The notes: generated from the sequence alone by a model not told the origin. A DNA stretch of 64,000 bases from Halieaceae bacterium UBA4452 (GCA_002389505.1 DGPA01000019.1:8-64007), one strand, 5' to 3'. Shown: positions 1 to 18,207, counted from the stretch's first letter. Numbers and translations: made by a program.

Positions 1-2
1 GC

Positions 3-830
3 GATATTCCCGTTTTTCATGACGATCAGCACGGTACAGCCATTGTAACGGCGGCCGGCTTGGTGAATGCCCTTGAGGTTCAAGAGAAATCTCTGAGCAA
101 CGTAACTATCGTTTGTCTTGGTGCCGGCGCTGCAGCGGTGGCCTGTATGACTTTGTTGTTAGAAATGGGTGCTGACCCGGCGCGGATGCTTATGCTTGAT
201 CGCCAAGGCGTTATTCACAGTGGTAGAGAAAATCTTAATGAGCAGAAGGCGTTATTCTCGGTAGAAACGGACAAACGCACCCTCGCGGACGCCATGGTGG
301 CTGCTGATGTCTTTATTGGTCTATCAGGACCCGACTTGCTCAGTGCAGCCATGGTTAAGTCTATGGCTGAGCGCCCCATTGTTTTCGCATGCTCCAATCC
401 TCATCCAGAAATTAATCGCGAGTTGGCGCTGGCTACGCGGAGCGATATTGTTATGGCAACTGGCCGCTCCGATTACCCTAATCAAGTCAATAATGTGCTG
501 GGATTCCCTTTTATTTTTCGCGGTGCGCTCGATGTCCGTGCCTCAAGGATCAATGAAGCTATGAAAATCGCTGCGGTGAAAGCGCTGGCCGAACTTGCCC
601 GAGAGTCAGTGCCCGAATCGGTATTGGATGCCTACAGCTTGGTCGAACTGCAGTTTGGACCCGACTACATATTGCCAAAACCCATGGATCCGCGCCTCAT
701 GCCTGTTATTGCCCCAGCGGTGGCCAAGGCCGCGGTGGCCAGCGGTGTAGCGCGTAGCCCTCTCGATGAAGATTATGAGGAACAACTGTGGGGCGGGATT
801 GGTTTCGGCGCAGATCGTAACTGGCGCTGA
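3..830 (+). CDS. NAD(P)-dependent malic enzyme, C-terminal ~275 aa (5' end lies upstream of the window); short form without a phosphotransacetylase-like domain
   Basis: Frame 3 is open from the first bases. The translation [15 protein letters not shown]...GAGAAAVAC (Rossmann)...[10 protein letters not shown]...[15 protein letters not shown] matches the malic-enzyme NAD(P)-binding domain. The ORF stops at 830 with no PTA-like tail. Confidence 0.85.
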   Translation, partial: DIPVFHDDQHGTAIVTAAGLVNALEVQEKSLSNVTIVCLGAGAAAVACMTLLLEMGADPARMLMLDRQGVIHSGRENLNEQKALFSVETDKRTLADAMVAADVFIGLSGPDLLSAAMVKSMAERPIVFACSNPHPEINRELALATRSDIVMATGRSDYPNQVNNVLGFPFIFRGALDVRASRINEAMKIAAVKALAELARESVPESVLDAYSLVELQFGPDYILPKPMDPRLMPVIAPAVAKAAVASGVARSPLDEDYEEQLWGGIGFGADRNWR

Positions 831-880
831 GGTTCATGGCAGTGATGCTCCGCAAGCGGGTCGCTCTTTATAATGGCAAC

Positions 881-3313
881 CTAAAAAAGTGCTTCTAGTT
901 CATCGGTCCCAAGCTGATCCTCGCTATCGGATGCTTCACTGGGTAGAAACTCTTCAAAGAAATAGTCGAGCATGCTGTTTTTAGGCGAGCCGGTCACCCT
1001 CAGTCCGGTGCTTCGGTCAACGCGCAGTCGAACAACACCCTGAGGCATAGCGGCAGGTGCGCGCTGCTCATCTAACGCCTCACCCATATAGCTGATCCAA
1101 ATAGGTAGCGCAGCGGTGCCACCAAATTCTCGGCGACCCAGCGAGCTGTAGTCGTCAAAGCCGACCCATGCGGTGGTCACCAAGTCTCGATTATAGCCAG
1201 AAAACCAAGCATCTCTCGGGCCATTAGTCGTACCGGTTTTGCCGGCTAAATCATCGCGCTTTAGCGCTCGGGCCCGACGTCCAGTACCACGTTGTATAGC
1301 GTCAGTGAGCATGGAAGTAACAATAAAGCTGGCGCGTGGATCCATTACCGACCGGGCATGCCGTGCAGTGGCTGCGTCGGTCTTGAGAATGTCTTCCATG
1401 CGCAGGGGCGCGTCAGCGGTCAGGCGCTTGTTTTCTTCACAGACATAGCAAGCTAACGCAGGATTGGCTTGATAGAGTATCTGACCTGCTGCATCTTCAA
1501 TACGATCAATGAGGTAAGGCTCGATCAAAAAGCCGCCATTAGCCAGTATCGCATAGCCCGAGGCTATCTCGAGCGGCGTATACGCGTGGGTACCGAGCGC
1601 TAGTGTTAAATTGCGTGCCATACCCTTAGTATCAAAACCCAACTGATCGATATAACTAATGAAAGGCGTGACGCCCAGGCGTTGCAAGACCCTGATGGAC
1701 ACTAAGTTGCGTGAAAAAGTTAGCGCCTCGCGCAGGCGCGTTGGCCCGTAGAATTTGCCACTGTCATTTTCGGGACGCCAGATGTCATCGCTTGATAGAT
1801 TATCAAGGACCACCGGAGCATCATTGATCAACGTAGTTGTCGTTATACCCGCTTCGAGCGCGGCAGCGTATAAAAAAGGTTTGAAGTTGGAGCCTGGTTG
1901 CCGGCGTGCTTGTGTCGCGCGATTAAACTTTGATAACTCAAAGCCCATACCGCCTACCAGAGCCTTGATGGCGCCATCGCTAGGAGCCATTGATACCAGC
2001 GCGGCCTGTGCGCGCGGGACTTGGGCGAGTCGCCACTGATCGCTTCTAGCATCATATTGAATACGAACGAGATCGCCAATCTCGAGCAACTGTTGAACAT
2101 TCTCAGCGGGCTCGCTGGTCAAATTTTCTGTTCGAAACCGTCGAATGTTGGCGAGGTCGCTAGGCCAGCTGAGGCGGCGGATCTGGCCAGACTTATCGAG
2201 GGTATCGGCCCCTTGCTCATCAGTGCTCACAACGATCGCGGGTAACAAGCCGGCAATAATAGGCATCTCATCGAGGGCGGCTTGCCAGGGCGGCCATGGG
2301 TCCTGAAGCGTTGCTCCGTCAACCATAGGATGGCGTTGTTCCGGGCCGCGCCAGCCATGCCGACGATCATAGGTTTTTAAGCCGTCAATCACTGAGCGCT
2401 GAGCGGCTTTTTGTCGTTCACTATTGACCGTTGTGTAAACGCTGTAACCGTCGTTGTAAGCGGCATTGCCAAAGCGATCTATCATCTCTTGACGTACCAT
2501 CTCGGCCACATAATCTGCCTCGACCTCGACAGATAAACCGTGATAGACCGCCGTTACCGCTTCCGCTCGGGCAGTTCGATATTGCTGCTCGTTAATGAGC
2601 CCAAGAGACCTCATTCGCCCTAAAATCCAATCGCGTCGATTTTTACCCGCGTCTGGATTGCTGAGCGGATTATTGCGCGAGGGTGCTTTTGGGATACCTG
2701 CCAGCATCGCCTGCTGAGCGAGAGTTAGTTCAGACAGCGATTCACCATAATACGTCTGCGCGGCAGCCTCGAATCCATAGGCCCTATGACCAAGGAAGAC
2801 GCGATTGACATACAATTCAAAGATTTCCTCTTTTGTCAGCGCGCTCTCGATCTCGATGGCGAGCAAAATCTCATTGAATTTACGTAGAAAAGTACGCTCA
2901 AGGGACAAGAAATAGTTTCGGGCCACTTGCATGGTCAGGGTGCTACCGCCACTGCGTTTTTGACCCGTGGCAACCAGTTCAGTGAGCGCTCTAACCAGCC
3001 CTAGAACATCGACACCACCATGATCAAAAAATTGGTCGTCTTCAGCGGCAAGTAAGGCATCGATGAAGGTACCCGGAATCTCGCTAAACTGCAGTGGGGA
3101 GCGTTTCTGTTCGCCAAATTGGCCGATTAACAGGCCATCCTCGCTAAAAACTCGCATGGGGACTTGTAATTTAACGTCTCGTAATGTGTCTGCCTCGGGC
3201 AAATTTGGACTCAAATAAAGGTACAACCCTGCCAGCCACCACATCGCGGCGCAGCCAGCAATGAGTAGTGATAGGCTTAGTTTGCGAGTAATCCGCAAAG
3301 TAATGCTCTCCAT
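881..3313 (-). CDS. mrcA: Penicillin-binding protein 1A (bifunctional transglycosylase/transpeptidase)
   Basis: 810 aa with an N-terminal TM anchor. It has glycosyltransferase motifs (AAEDDQFFDHGGVD, GGSTLTMQVARN, RKFNEILLA) and transpeptidase motifs SNFKP (SxxK), SRN and KTGTT. It is divergent from pilM, as in many gammaproteobacteria. Confidence 0.93.
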   Translation of the reverse strand: MESITLRITRKLSLSLLIAGCAAMWWLAGLYLYLSPNLPEADTLRDVKLQVPMRVFSEDGLLIGQFGEQKRSPLQFSEIPGTFIDALLAAEDDQFFDHGGVDVLGLVRALTELVATGQKRSGGSTLTMQVARNYFLSLERTFLRKFNEILLAIEIESALTKEEIFELYVNRVFLGHRAYGFEAAAQTYYGESLSELTLAQQAMLAGIPKAPSRNNPLSNPDAGKNRRDWILGRMRSLGLINEQQYRTARAEAVTAVYHGLSVEVEADYVAEMVRQEMIDRFGNAAYNDGYSVYTTVNSERQKAAQRSVIDGLKTYDRRHGWRGPEQRHPMVDGATLQDPWPPWQAALDEMPIIAGLLPAIVVSTDEQGADTLDKSGQIRRLSWPSDLANIRRFRTENLTSEPAENVQQLLEIGDLVRIQYDARSDQWRLAQVPRAQAALVSMAPSDGAIKALVGGMGFELSKFNRATQARRQPGSNFKPFLYAAALEAGITTTTLINDAPVVLDNLSSDDIWRPENDSGKFYGPTRLREALTFSRNLVSIRVLQRLGVTPFISYIDQLGFDTKGMARNLTLALGTHAYTPLEIASGYAILANGGFLIEPYLIDRIEDAAGQILYQANPALACYVCEENKRLTADAPLRMEDILKTDAATARHARSVMDPRASFIVTSMLTDAIQRGTGRRARALKRDDLAGKTGTTNGPRDAWFSGYNRDLVTTAWVGFDDYSSLGRREFGGTAALPIWISYMGEALDEQRAPAAMPQGVVRLRVDRSTGLRVTGSPKNSMLDYFFEEFLPSEASDSEDQLGTDELEALF

Positions 3314-3438
3314 TTGGGTGTAAAAAGATGATTACGAGTGCATTTGATTGAGAATTGTGTCTTTTTACATGAAAAAAGTGCAGCTAAGGTGACCTTTTTA
3401 CGGACTTATGTTGCAATAGGATGGCAAACAATGCGTAG

Positions 3439-4571
<1,133 letters not shown>

Positions 4572-4572
<1 letters not shown>

Positions 4573-5132
4573 TGGCCAGAATTAATTTACTGCCCTGGCG
4601 CGAAGAGCGTCGTTTAGAGCTTAAAAGGCAGTTTTTTGCGGCCTTGGCGTTAACTGTTTTAGCGGCCATCTTTGTGCTGCTGGTGGCCGATCGTGCCGTC
4701 AACACACAGATCAATGGTCAGAGTAATCGGAATGCTTATTTGCAGCAAAATATCGCAGAACTTGATGCTCAAGTGGCGGAAATCCGTGACTTACAGCGCA
4801 AGCGAGGGCAGTTAATCGAGCGCATGCGAGTCATTCAAGAATTACAGGGTAATCGGCCAGTCATCGTGCGCATCATCGACCAACTGGTTCGCACATTACC
4901 CGACGGTGTTTTTTATATGGACCTTGTCACCCGGGAGAACGAGATAGCAGTACAAGGTATTGCCGAGTCCAATAACCGAGTTTCGAGTCTAATGCGCAGA
5001 CTCGAGGCTTCCGATTGGCTTGAGCAGCCCAATCTTGATGCCGTCCGAGCCGCGCCTGAGTACGGGGAGCAGGCTACAACGTTTAACTTATCGGTGAGTG
5101 TGCAGTTACCCGATTCGGACGAGGGCGCCTAG
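4572..5132 (+). CDS. pilN: Type IV pilus assembly protein PilN
   Basis: 186 aa with the MARINLLPWREERR N-terminus plus a single TM, which is the PilN signature. The start overlaps the pilM stop (TAATG). Confidence 0.9.
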
Positions 5133-5133
5133 G

Positions 5134-5745
5134 ATGCCCATTACAGATGTCTTAAAGTCGCTCAATGATTTAGATATCAGCGACCTTGACCTTGACAATG
5201 TTGGCAGCTGGCCGGGGGTAATCAAGTCTATCGTCGGGGTGGTGCTGTTCGCAGCCGTGAGCGTGGCTGGTTACTACTACCACATCGAAGGCTTGCAACA
5301 ACAGTTGAATCAAGTGCGAAGCGATGAGCTAGAGTTGCGTCGGGATTTTGAGAAGAAAGCCTTTGAATCGGCTAATCTTGAAGCCTATAAGCGCCAATTG
5401 GTTGAAATGGAAGAAAGCTTTGGAGCGCTTGTTAGCCAGCTTCCGAGCGATACGGAAGTGCCTGGCCTGCTTGAGGACATTACCACCAAAGGAGAGCTCA
5501 ATGGTTTGACCATCGACACTATTGACTTGCTCGATGAGGTACCACAAGCATTTTATATTGAGTTGCCTATTAAAATTAATGCGGTAGGTTCCTACCATGA
5601 CCTTGGCGCATTTATTTCCGGTATGGCTGGCCTGCCTCGAATTGTGACGTTACATGACTTCGACATTAAGACGCCGGGTAGCGCCACCAATCGATTACAA
5701 ATGAGCATCCTTGCAAAAACCTATCGTTACCGTGATGACGAGTAG
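5134..5745 (+). CDS. pilO: Type IV pilus assembly protein PilO
   Basis: Single-TM coiled-coil protein in the PilO position. ATG 5134 lies one nt after the pilN stop with GAGGG upstream. The ORF-track start 5098 would overlap pilN. Confidence 0.85.
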   Translation: MPITDVLKSLNDLDISDLDLDNVGSWPGVIKSIVGVVLFAAVSVAGYYYHIEGLQQQLNQVRSDELELRRDFEKKAFESANLEAYKRQLVEMEESFGALVSQLPSDTEVPGLLEDITTKGELNGLTIDTIDLLDEVPQAFYIELPIKINAVGSYHDLGAFISGMAGLPRIVTLHDFDIKTPGSATNRLQMSILAKTYRYRDDE

Positions 5746-5763
5746 TGAGGGGGATATGATGAT

Positions 5764-6297
5764 ATGCTGAAATCTTTAGTACTCCGCGGTTTGTTGGTGT
5801 CCATCACCAGTTTACTGGTGGCTTGTTCAGGTAGCGACATGAGTGATCTCGATGCGTTCATGGCGGAGAAGCTCGCGCGCCCGGGGGGTGTCATTCAGCC
5901 CATCCCGACCTTCAAAGCGTATGAGGCATTCGCTTATTCTGCGACGACGCTGCGCAGCCCCTTTGATCGTCCTGTGCAAGTGCGTGAAGTGACACAGCTC
6001 AGCGCCCGATCTGCGGTACAGCCTGACAACGAGCGCAGTAAGGAATTTCTTGAACAGTTTACGCTAGATTCGTTGCAAATGGTTGGCCGGTTAGAGCGAG
6101 GGGGGCAGAGTTGGACGCTGGTAAAAGATCCAGAGGGCGGCATCCATCGCGTGCAAGCGGGAAACTATCTGGGCCGAGATCATGGCAAGGTGGTAAATAT
6201 GGACGGAACATTTGTAGCAGTGGTTGAAATTGTCTCTGATGGCACACCCGAAGGCTGGGTGGAACGTCCAAGAACAATTGAACTCGGCGGTCAATGA
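5764..6297 (+). CDS. pilP: Type IV pilus assembly lipoprotein PilP
   Basis: 177 aa with a signal peptide and lipobox LVAC (Cys21), positioned between pilO and the secretin gene. Confidence 0.8.
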   Translation: MLKSLVLRGLLVSITSLLVACSGSDMSDLDAFMAEKLARPGGVIQPIPTFKAYEAFAYSATTLRSPFDRPVQVREVTQLSARSAVQPDNERSKEFLEQFTLDSLQMVGRLERGGQSWTLVKDPEGGIHRVQAGNYLGRDHGKVVNMDGTFVAVVEIVSDGTPEGWVERPRTIELGGQ

Positions 6298-8525
6298 GCG
6301 TTGTGAGAGTAACAGTGGAGATGGCCCCTATGAAGTGGCTCAAACGAGAGAGCAAGGCAACGTTCGCGTTATCGGCATTATTGGTGATGCCAGTGTTCGC
6401 AGATCCTATTATTGAAGACATCACCTTTAGCTCGCGTCCGGGCAGTAAATTTGAAGTTCGCCTTGACTTCAATGAGCCGCCTCCGGCAGATCTCGATGCC
6501 TACACTATTGAGGAGCCGGCGCGGATTGCCATTGATTTTCCCGGCACCAAAAGTGGACTTGATCAAAAGCGCTACGCGCTTCCTTACGGTAATGCGACCG
6601 GTGTGTTAGTGCTAGAGGCGGGGGATCGCACTCGTATGGTGATCAATTTAGTGAAATTGGTGCCTTATGAAACGGTCATTAACGGTAATCAATTAATCCT
6701 GCAAGTGGGTCAAGACAGTAGCGGCGAGTACACCGAAAGAACGAGCGCTGAAAAAGTGCTAAAAACTCAAGTCACCCAAGTCACCCAAGCACGTTCGCAA
6801 ATTGAGGACCTTGAGTTCCGCCGCTCTCCCGAGGGCGAAGGCCGGCTAGTGTTGGCGCTCAGCGACCCGTCCATTGATGTCAATGTGTTCTCAGAGGGGG
6901 GTAATATCAACCTCGAGTTCATGCAAACCTCGGTACCTGAAACGCTGCTGCGTCGTTTTGATGTCACAGATTTTGCTACGCCGGTGAATAGCGTCGAAGT
7001 CAGCACCACCGAGCGAGGTGCACGGTTGCTACTCAAAGCATCGGGTAATTTTGATTACTTGGCCTACCAAACCGGCAATGAATACGTGTTGAGTGTGAAA
7101 CCGCTGTCGAATGAGGAAAAGCAAGAGCGGTTGAATGAGTTCAATTATGTAGGGGACCGAATATCGCTGAATTTTCAGGATATCGAAGTGCGGGCGGTAC
7201 TGCAGCTTATTGCTGATTTTACTGAGCTGAATCTTGTGGCATCCGACACGGTGATAGGAAATATCACCCTCCGCCTGCAAAATGTTCCGTGGGACCAGGC
7301 CCTTGAGTTGGTGTTAAGAACCAAGGGTTTAGATAGCCGACAGATTGGCAATGTATTGATGGTGGCCCCGGCCAACGAAATCGCTGAGCGGGAGCGGCAG
7401 GAGATTGAGGCCAATAAACAAATTGCCGAATTGGCGCCCTTGAAGTCCGAGTTTATTCAAGTGCGTTACGCCAAAGCCGAAGACGTTATTCAATTATTCC
7501 AAAAGGCATCAGAGCAGGACAAGGGGGGTGTGGGTTCCGAGAAGGGTGGCTCACTCATTTCAGAGCGCGGCTCGGTTGTTGTCGATGAGCGTACTAATTC
7601 CATTATTGTCACCGACACGGCAGCGAAGCTCGCCGAAATTCGTAAACTGGTTGAGCGGGTAGATGTGCCTATTCGTCAAGTCATGATTGAGGCGCGAATC
7701 GTCATTGCCCAGACTAATCTTGATGAGGAGCTAGGCATCGAATGGGGCGGCGGCGGATATCGAACGGTTGATGGCGGAAACATACTCTCTGTGTCCGGGA
7801 GTCGTGAAAGCGTTATTGATATCAATGAAGCCATTATTGCGGGTGAGACACCGAGCCTGAATTTCCCTCAGCCGGCTGGAGGAAGTGGTTCTGGTGGCGG
7901 TGGCGATGATCAGCAAAATCAAGGTCTTGGTGCTGCGCTGGTTGACTTAGGTTTATCGACGGCGACGAGCGGTTTTGCGGTGGGCTTCACGTCTAACGAT
8001 TTGATTTTGACAGCGGAGCTCTCAGCGCTCGAAGCGTCCGGTCGAGGCGAGGTGGTGAGTCAGCCAAAAATTATCACCGGTGATAAACAAGAGGCTAGCA
8101 TTAAATCGGGTACCGAAATTCCCTATCAAGAAGGCGCTGCCTCGGGTGCGACAACAGTGGCTTTTAAAGAAGCGGTACTCAGTCTTAGAGTCACGCCAAA
8201 CATTACACCGGACGACAGAATTCTTCTTGATCTTGTGGTCAATCAGGATTCTGTGGGTGATTTAGTGCCCAGCGGCACTGGTGGTTCGATCCCCACTATT
8301 GATACGACAGAACTGACCACTCAAGTGTTAGTCGGCAACGGTGAGACCGTTGTTCTGGGCGGGGTTTTCCAAAACGAAGACATTACTCAGGTACGAAAGG
8401 TGCCACTACTGGGGGATATTCCCTATTTGGGTACCCTATTTAAGAGCACGACGGCCAAGTCCAGCAAGACAGAAACGCTTATCTTTATCACTCCCCGAAT
8501 TCTATCTGAAGCGCTGATAGACTGA
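6294..8525 (+). CDS. pilQ: Type IV pilus secretin PilQ
   Basis: 743 aa with N-terminal AMIN-like repeats and C-terminal secretin motifs (VPLLGDIPYLGTLFK, ETLIFITPRIL). It has an ATGA overlap with the pilP stop. In-frame ATGs at 6321/6330 would give a cleaner signal peptide (MKWLKRESKATFALSALLVMPVFA). Confidence 0.92.
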   Translation: MSVVRVTVEMAPMKWLKRESKATFALSALLVMPVFADPIIEDITFSSRPGSKFEVRLDFNEPPPADLDAYTIEEPARIAIDFPGTKSGLDQKRYALPYGNATGVLVLEAGDRTRMVINLVKLVPYETVINGNQLILQVGQDSSGEYTERTSAEKVLKTQVTQVTQARSQIEDLEFRRSPEGEGRLVLALSDPSIDVNVFSEGGNINLEFMQTSVPETLLRRFDVTDFATPVNSVEVSTTERGARLLLKASGNFDYLAYQTGNEYVLSVKPLSNEEKQERLNEFNYVGDRISLNFQDIEVRAVLQLIADFTELNLVASDTVIGNITLRLQNVPWDQALELVLRTKGLDSRQIGNVLMVAPANEIAERERQEIEANKQIAELAPLKSEFIQVRYAKAEDVIQLFQKASEQDKGGVGSEKGGSLISERGSVVVDERTNSIIVTDTAAKLAEIRKLVERVDVPIRQVMIEARIVIAQTNLDEELGIEWGGGGYRTVDGGNILSVSGSRESVIDINEAIIAGETPSLNFPQPAGGSGSGGGGDDQQNQGLGAALVDLGLSTATSGFAVGFTSNDLILTAELSALEASGRGEVVSQPKIITGDKQEASIKSGTEIPYQEGAASGATTVAFKEAVLSLRVTPNITPDDRILLDLVVNQDSVGDLVPSGTGGSIPTIDTTELTTQVLVGNGETVVLGGVFQNEDITQVRKVPLLGDIPYLGTLFKSTTAKSSKTETLIFITPRILSEALID

Positions 8526-8534
8526 GCAACACAG

Positions 8535-9071
8535 ATGGCAGGGAGTCGGGTCATATTGGTCGGTCCCATGGGGGCAGGTAAATCCACGGTGGGCCGCGCT
8601 CTAGCGAAGTTACTAGGGTACGCGTTTGTGGACAGCGACGAGGAGATAGAGCGCCGCACCGGAGCTAATATCCCCTGGATTTTTGAGATAGAGGGCGAAC
8701 AAGGATTCAGGGATCGTGAGCAACAAGTCATAACGGAACTTGCTGAGCGCGACCAAGTGGTTATCGCTACCGGTGGCGGCGCTGTTCTGCGGGATGCCAA
8801 TCGACAGACCCTCAAGCAGCGGGGACTGGTCATCTATTTGTGCGCTAGCTTACGCGAACAGGTGTGGCGCACCAGCCATGATCGTAAGCGTCCACTGCTT
8901 GCTGGGAAAAACCGTAGAGCGGTTCTGAGTGAATTAATGGCATTGCGGGATCCCCTCTACCGAGAAGTCAGCGATGTAGTGGTGTCCACTGATAATCGAA
9001 GTGCCAAGAAATTGGCCCAGCACTTGCTTACGCAGATTCCAGAATTAAGTTCTGTAGCCCCCTATCCGTAG
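8535..9071 (+). CDS. aroK: Shikimate kinase
   Basis: 178 aa with Walker [10 protein letters not shown], in the classic position after pilQ and before aroB. Confidence 0.93.
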   Translation: MAGSRVILVGPMGAGKSTVGRALAKLLGYAFVDSDEEIERRTGANIPWIFEIEGEQGFRDREQQVITELAERDQVVIATGGGAVLRDANRQTLKQRGLVIYLCASLREQVWRTSHDRKRPLLAGKNRRAVLSELMALRDPLYREVSDVVVSTDNRSAKKLAQHLLTQIPELSSVAPYP

Positions 9072-9110
9072 TTAATTAATGCCTCTTCAGAGCCGCTCGC
9101 TGGGAAAAAT

Positions 9111-10205
9111 ATGCCTACTCGAATACATACCTTGCACGTGAATTTTACTGGCATCAGTAGCCATCGCAGCTATCCCATTATTATTGGCCGAGATTTACTC
9201 GCCGATGCGGGTTTTTATGAGGACATGATTGGCGATCGCCCAGTGGTTCTAGTGAGTAATGACCAAGTAGGGCCGCTTTATGCATCCCAAGTTCACCAAG
9301 GTTTGGGTGAGGCTCGGCACGTCACCGACGTGATTTTGCCGGATGGTGAGGCCTTTAAAAACATAGACACCCTCGATGGTATTTTCACCGCAGCCTTGAA
9401 GGATCGGCACGAGCGGCGATCGGTCTTCATGGCTTTAGGGGGTGGTGTCATAGGAGATATGACCGGTTTTGCAGCGGCTTGCTTTATGCGCGGCGTCGAC
9501 TTTTTACAACTACCCACCACCTTGCTTGCACAGGTAGATTCATCGGTGGGGGGGAAGACAGGGGTCAATCATCCGGTGGGCAAAAATATGATTGGCGCAT
9601 TTCATCAACCACTGGCCGTGGCAATTGACATCAACACGTTAGAAACCTTACCTGAGCGAGAATTCGCCGCAGGGATGGCAGAGATCATAAAATACGGTTG
9701 CATCTATGACGCAGTATTTTTTGATTGGCTCATTAACGTGCGAAGCCAGCTATTAGCTAGAGATCCATCGGTTCTTGCAGAGGCTATTAAACGCAGTTGT
9801 GCCATCAAAGCAGAGGTAGTGGCGCAGGATGAAAGAGAGGGAGGCCTGCGAGCCATTCTCAATTTTGGTCATACCTTTGGCCACGCTATTGAGCAGGTAG
9901 AAGGCTATGGAGCATGGTTACACGGAGAAGCGGTTGCCGTCGGCATGCTGATCGCAGCAAAAATCTCTGCAAATCGTGGCTGCTTAGACGCATCGACCGT
10001 GACCGAACTCGAACAGTTTTTGTTATACTTTGGCCTGCCGGTGGCCGCTCCAAAGGATATGGACGCCGCTGTATTTTTAAGGGCAATGCGTACAGATAAA
10101 AAGGTCATGAGCGGGCAAATTCGATACATAGTGTTGTCCGCACTGGGGAAGGCGTCGATAGTCGACGATATCAGTGCCAACGAAATGACGGCCGTTATCG
10201 GTTAA
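9111..10205 (+). CDS. aroB: 3-dehydroquinate synthase
   Basis: 364 aa with GGGVIGDMTGFAAA, NFGHTFGHAIE and LHGEAVAVGM, the nucleotide- and metal-binding motifs of DHQ synthase. Confidence 0.93.
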   Translation: MPTRIHTLHVNFTGISSHRSYPIIIGRDLLADAGFYEDMIGDRPVVLVSNDQVGPLYASQVHQGLGEARHVTDVILPDGEAFKNIDTLDGIFTAALKDRHERRSVFMALGGGVIGDMTGFAAACFMRGVDFLQLPTTLLAQVDSSVGGKTGVNHPVGKNMIGAFHQPLAVAIDINTLETLPEREFAAGMAEIIKYGCIYDAVFFDWLINVRSQLLARDPSVLAEAIKRSCAIKAEVVAQDEREGGLRAILNFGHTFGHAIEQVEGYGAWLHGEAVAVGMLIAAKISANRGCLDASTVTELEQFLLYFGLPVAAPKDMDAAVFLRAMRTDKKVMSGQIRYIVLSALGKASIVDDISANEMTAVIG

Positions 10206-10350
10206 ACTTCCCGGGCACAGACGCTGAGTGATTATTAGCCAATTGTTCGCCCTTCGTGTGATGTGTAGAATGATCGGCCTTTTGACGTGAGCCCGGCTTG
10301 GGTGGGTCTGCTTGGCCGTAGAGCGTCGACAAAACTGAATGTGATCAATT

Positions 10351-16271
<5,921 letters not shown>

Positions 16272-16274
16272 TCT

Positions 16275-17339
16275 GTGACTGAACTGATAAATGACCGTTT
16301 TCTTCGAGCCCTGCGGCGTGAGCCTGTAGATAGAACGCCGCTGTGGATGATGCGTCAGGCGGGACGGTATTTGCCTGAATATCGCGCAACGCGAGCAGAC
16401 GCAGGCAGCTTCATGGCGTTGTGCAGCAATCCGGAGCTGGCTTGTGAGGTGACATTGCAGCCCCTGCGCCGTTACGCCATGGACGCTGCCATTCTTTTCT
16501 CGGATATTTTAACGATTCCCGATGCGATGGGTTTAGGCCTCTATTTTACCGAGGGCGAGGGGCCGAAGTTTGAGCGACCACTCAAAAATCATGCTGAGAT
16601 TAAGGCCCTAGAGCCGCAGCGGGCGGTATCGGAACTCCGCTACGTAATGGATGCGGTGTCGTTAATTCGTCGGGAATTGAAGGGTTCGGTGCCGCTGATC
16701 GGCTTTTCGGGCAGCCCCTGGACGCTCGCAACTTATATGATTGAGGGGGGCTCATCGAAGGACTTTGCGAAAACCAAACGCATGGCGTTCAATGAACCCG
16801 AGGCCATGCATATGTTACTGGGCAAGCTCGCTGAAGCGGTGGCACTGTACCTGTCCGAGCAAATCGCTCAAGGCGCTCAGATCGTGCAAATTTTCGATAC
16901 TTGGGGTGGCGCACTGAGTCATGGAGCCTACCGAGAATTCTCATTGCGCTATATGCAAGAGATTATTCAACGCCTGCCTAGAGAAGCCGACGGGCGCCCT
17001 GTGCCGGTGATTGTTTTTACCAAAGGCGGTGGCCAGTGGTTAGAGACTATTGCTGACTGCGGCGCTGATGCCGTGGGCTTGGACTGGACCACAGATATTG
17101 GTGAGGCTCGAGCCCGGGTAGGCGATAAAGTAACGCTACAGGGCAACATGGACCCAGCGATGCTGTTTGCTCAGCCCGAACGCATTCGCGCTGAAGTAGC
17201 GTCCATACTAGAGCGCTTCGGATCGGGTAGTGGTCACATTTTTAACCTTGGACACGGTATTACACCGGGTGTTGACCCCGATCATGTGTTGGCCATGGTC
17301 GATGCCGTTATTGAGTTATCACCCCAGTACCATCGTTAA
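16275..17339 (+). CDS. hemE: Uroporphyrinogen decarboxylase
   Basis: 354 aa with the [12 protein letters not shown] signature; GTG start 4 nt after the gltD stop. Confidence 0.95.
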   Translation: MTELINDRFLRALRREPVDRTPLWMMRQAGRYLPEYRATRADAGSFMALCSNPELACEVTLQPLRRYAMDAAILFSDILTIPDAMGLGLYFTEGEGPKFERPLKNHAEIKALEPQRAVSELRYVMDAVSLIRRELKGSVPLIGFSGSPWTLATYMIEGGSSKDFAKTKRMAFNEPEAMHMLLGKLAEAVALYLSEQIAQGAQIVQIFDTWGGALSHGAYREFSLRYMQEIIQRLPREADGRPVPVIVFTKGGGQWLETIADCGADAVGLDWTTDIGEARARVGDKVTLQGNMDPAMLFAQPERIRAEVASILERFGSGSGHIFNLGHGITPGVDPDHVLAMVDAVIELSPQYHR

Positions 17340-17382
17340 TATACGTGGCCTGATCCTGCCTAGTCTCGGTCAGGCTGCATGG

Positions 17383-18207
17383 TTACCAATCTGACTCAGG
17401 AAAGTCGTGGTCCATATCGAGGGCCGGATTTTCTGATGTGGGGACACCGACCACCCGTGCGGGTACACCGGCGACAGTGGTATGCGGGGGTACGTCTTTC
17501 AGTACCACCGATCCGGCGCCAACCTTAGCCCCCTCGCCAACACGAATATTCCCTAAAATTTTCGCGCCCGCACTGATCAATACACCATCGCCAATTTTTG
17601 GATGCCGATCACCGTCGACTTTGCCCGTCCCTCCGAGGGTAACCGATTGCAAAATAGACACGCGATTACCCACTACGGCGGTTTCGCCGACCACCAGTCC
17701 GCTACCATGATCGAGTAATATACCGTGACCTAATATCGCCGCTGGGTGGATATCGATAGCAAATTTCTGCGCCATCCGACTTTGTAAAAACAGTGCCAGC
17801 GAATGTCGACCTTGCTGCCAGAGCCAGTGACCGACGCGATGGATTTGCAAGGCATGGAACCCTTTGAAGTACAGGAACGGTAAGTGATACTCATGACAAG
17901 CAGAATCACGCTCAAGGACCGCATTCAAGTCATCTCGAATAGCGCGGCGAGTCGTCTCGTCGCTGGAGAACGCTTCTAAGAATACGTCGCGCAGCATCAT
18001 TGACGATGCGCTGGGGCTGTCCAGTTGATTGGCCAGATGAAAGCTCAGCGCACTCTCGAGCTCCTCATGGTGGAGGATGGTGGCGTGCATAAAGCTGGCG
18101 AGTATTGCCTCGCCGGCTATGGCAATGCGCGTCTCCTCGCGAATGCGCTCCCATAAGGGATCTTGTCCTTCAATACCGTGTATGTGTTTAGGGTGCAGTG
18201 CTGGCAT
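17383..18207 (-). CDS. cysE: Serine O-acetyltransferase
   Basis: 274 aa with an SATase N-terminal helical domain followed by hexapeptide repeats (GDGVLISAGAKILGNIRVGEGAKVGAGSVV). Confidence 0.9.
   Translation of the reverse strand: MPALHPKHIHGIEGQDPLWERIREETRIAIAGEAILASFMHATILHHEELESALSFHLANQLDSPSASSMMLRDVFLEAFSSDETTRRAIRDDLNAVLERDSACHEYHLPFLYFKGFHALQIHRVGHWLWQQGRHSLALFLQSRMAQKFAIDIHPAAILGHGILLDHGSGLVVGETAVVGNRVSILQSVTLGGTGKVDGDRHPKIGDGVLISAGAKILGNIRVGEGAKVGAGSVVLKDVPPHTTVAGVPARVVGVPTSENPALDMDHDFPESDW

Noticed and set aside
6059-6472. 137-aa minus-strand ORF across the pilP/pilQ junction
   Set aside because: It is a shadow ORF opposite the translationally coupled pilP-pilQ genes, with no independent support.
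8423-8833. 136-aa minus-strand ORF spanning the pilQ end and aroK
   Set aside because: It is antisense to two strongly supported genes, has an Arg/Ser/Pro-rich composition and no motifs, so it is a typical shadow ORF.
17348-17375. Possible bidirectional terminator between the convergent hemE and cysE (GCCTGA...TCAGGC)
   Set aside because: It has only a 6-bp stem with a 16-nt loop and no T-run, which is too weak to report as a feature.
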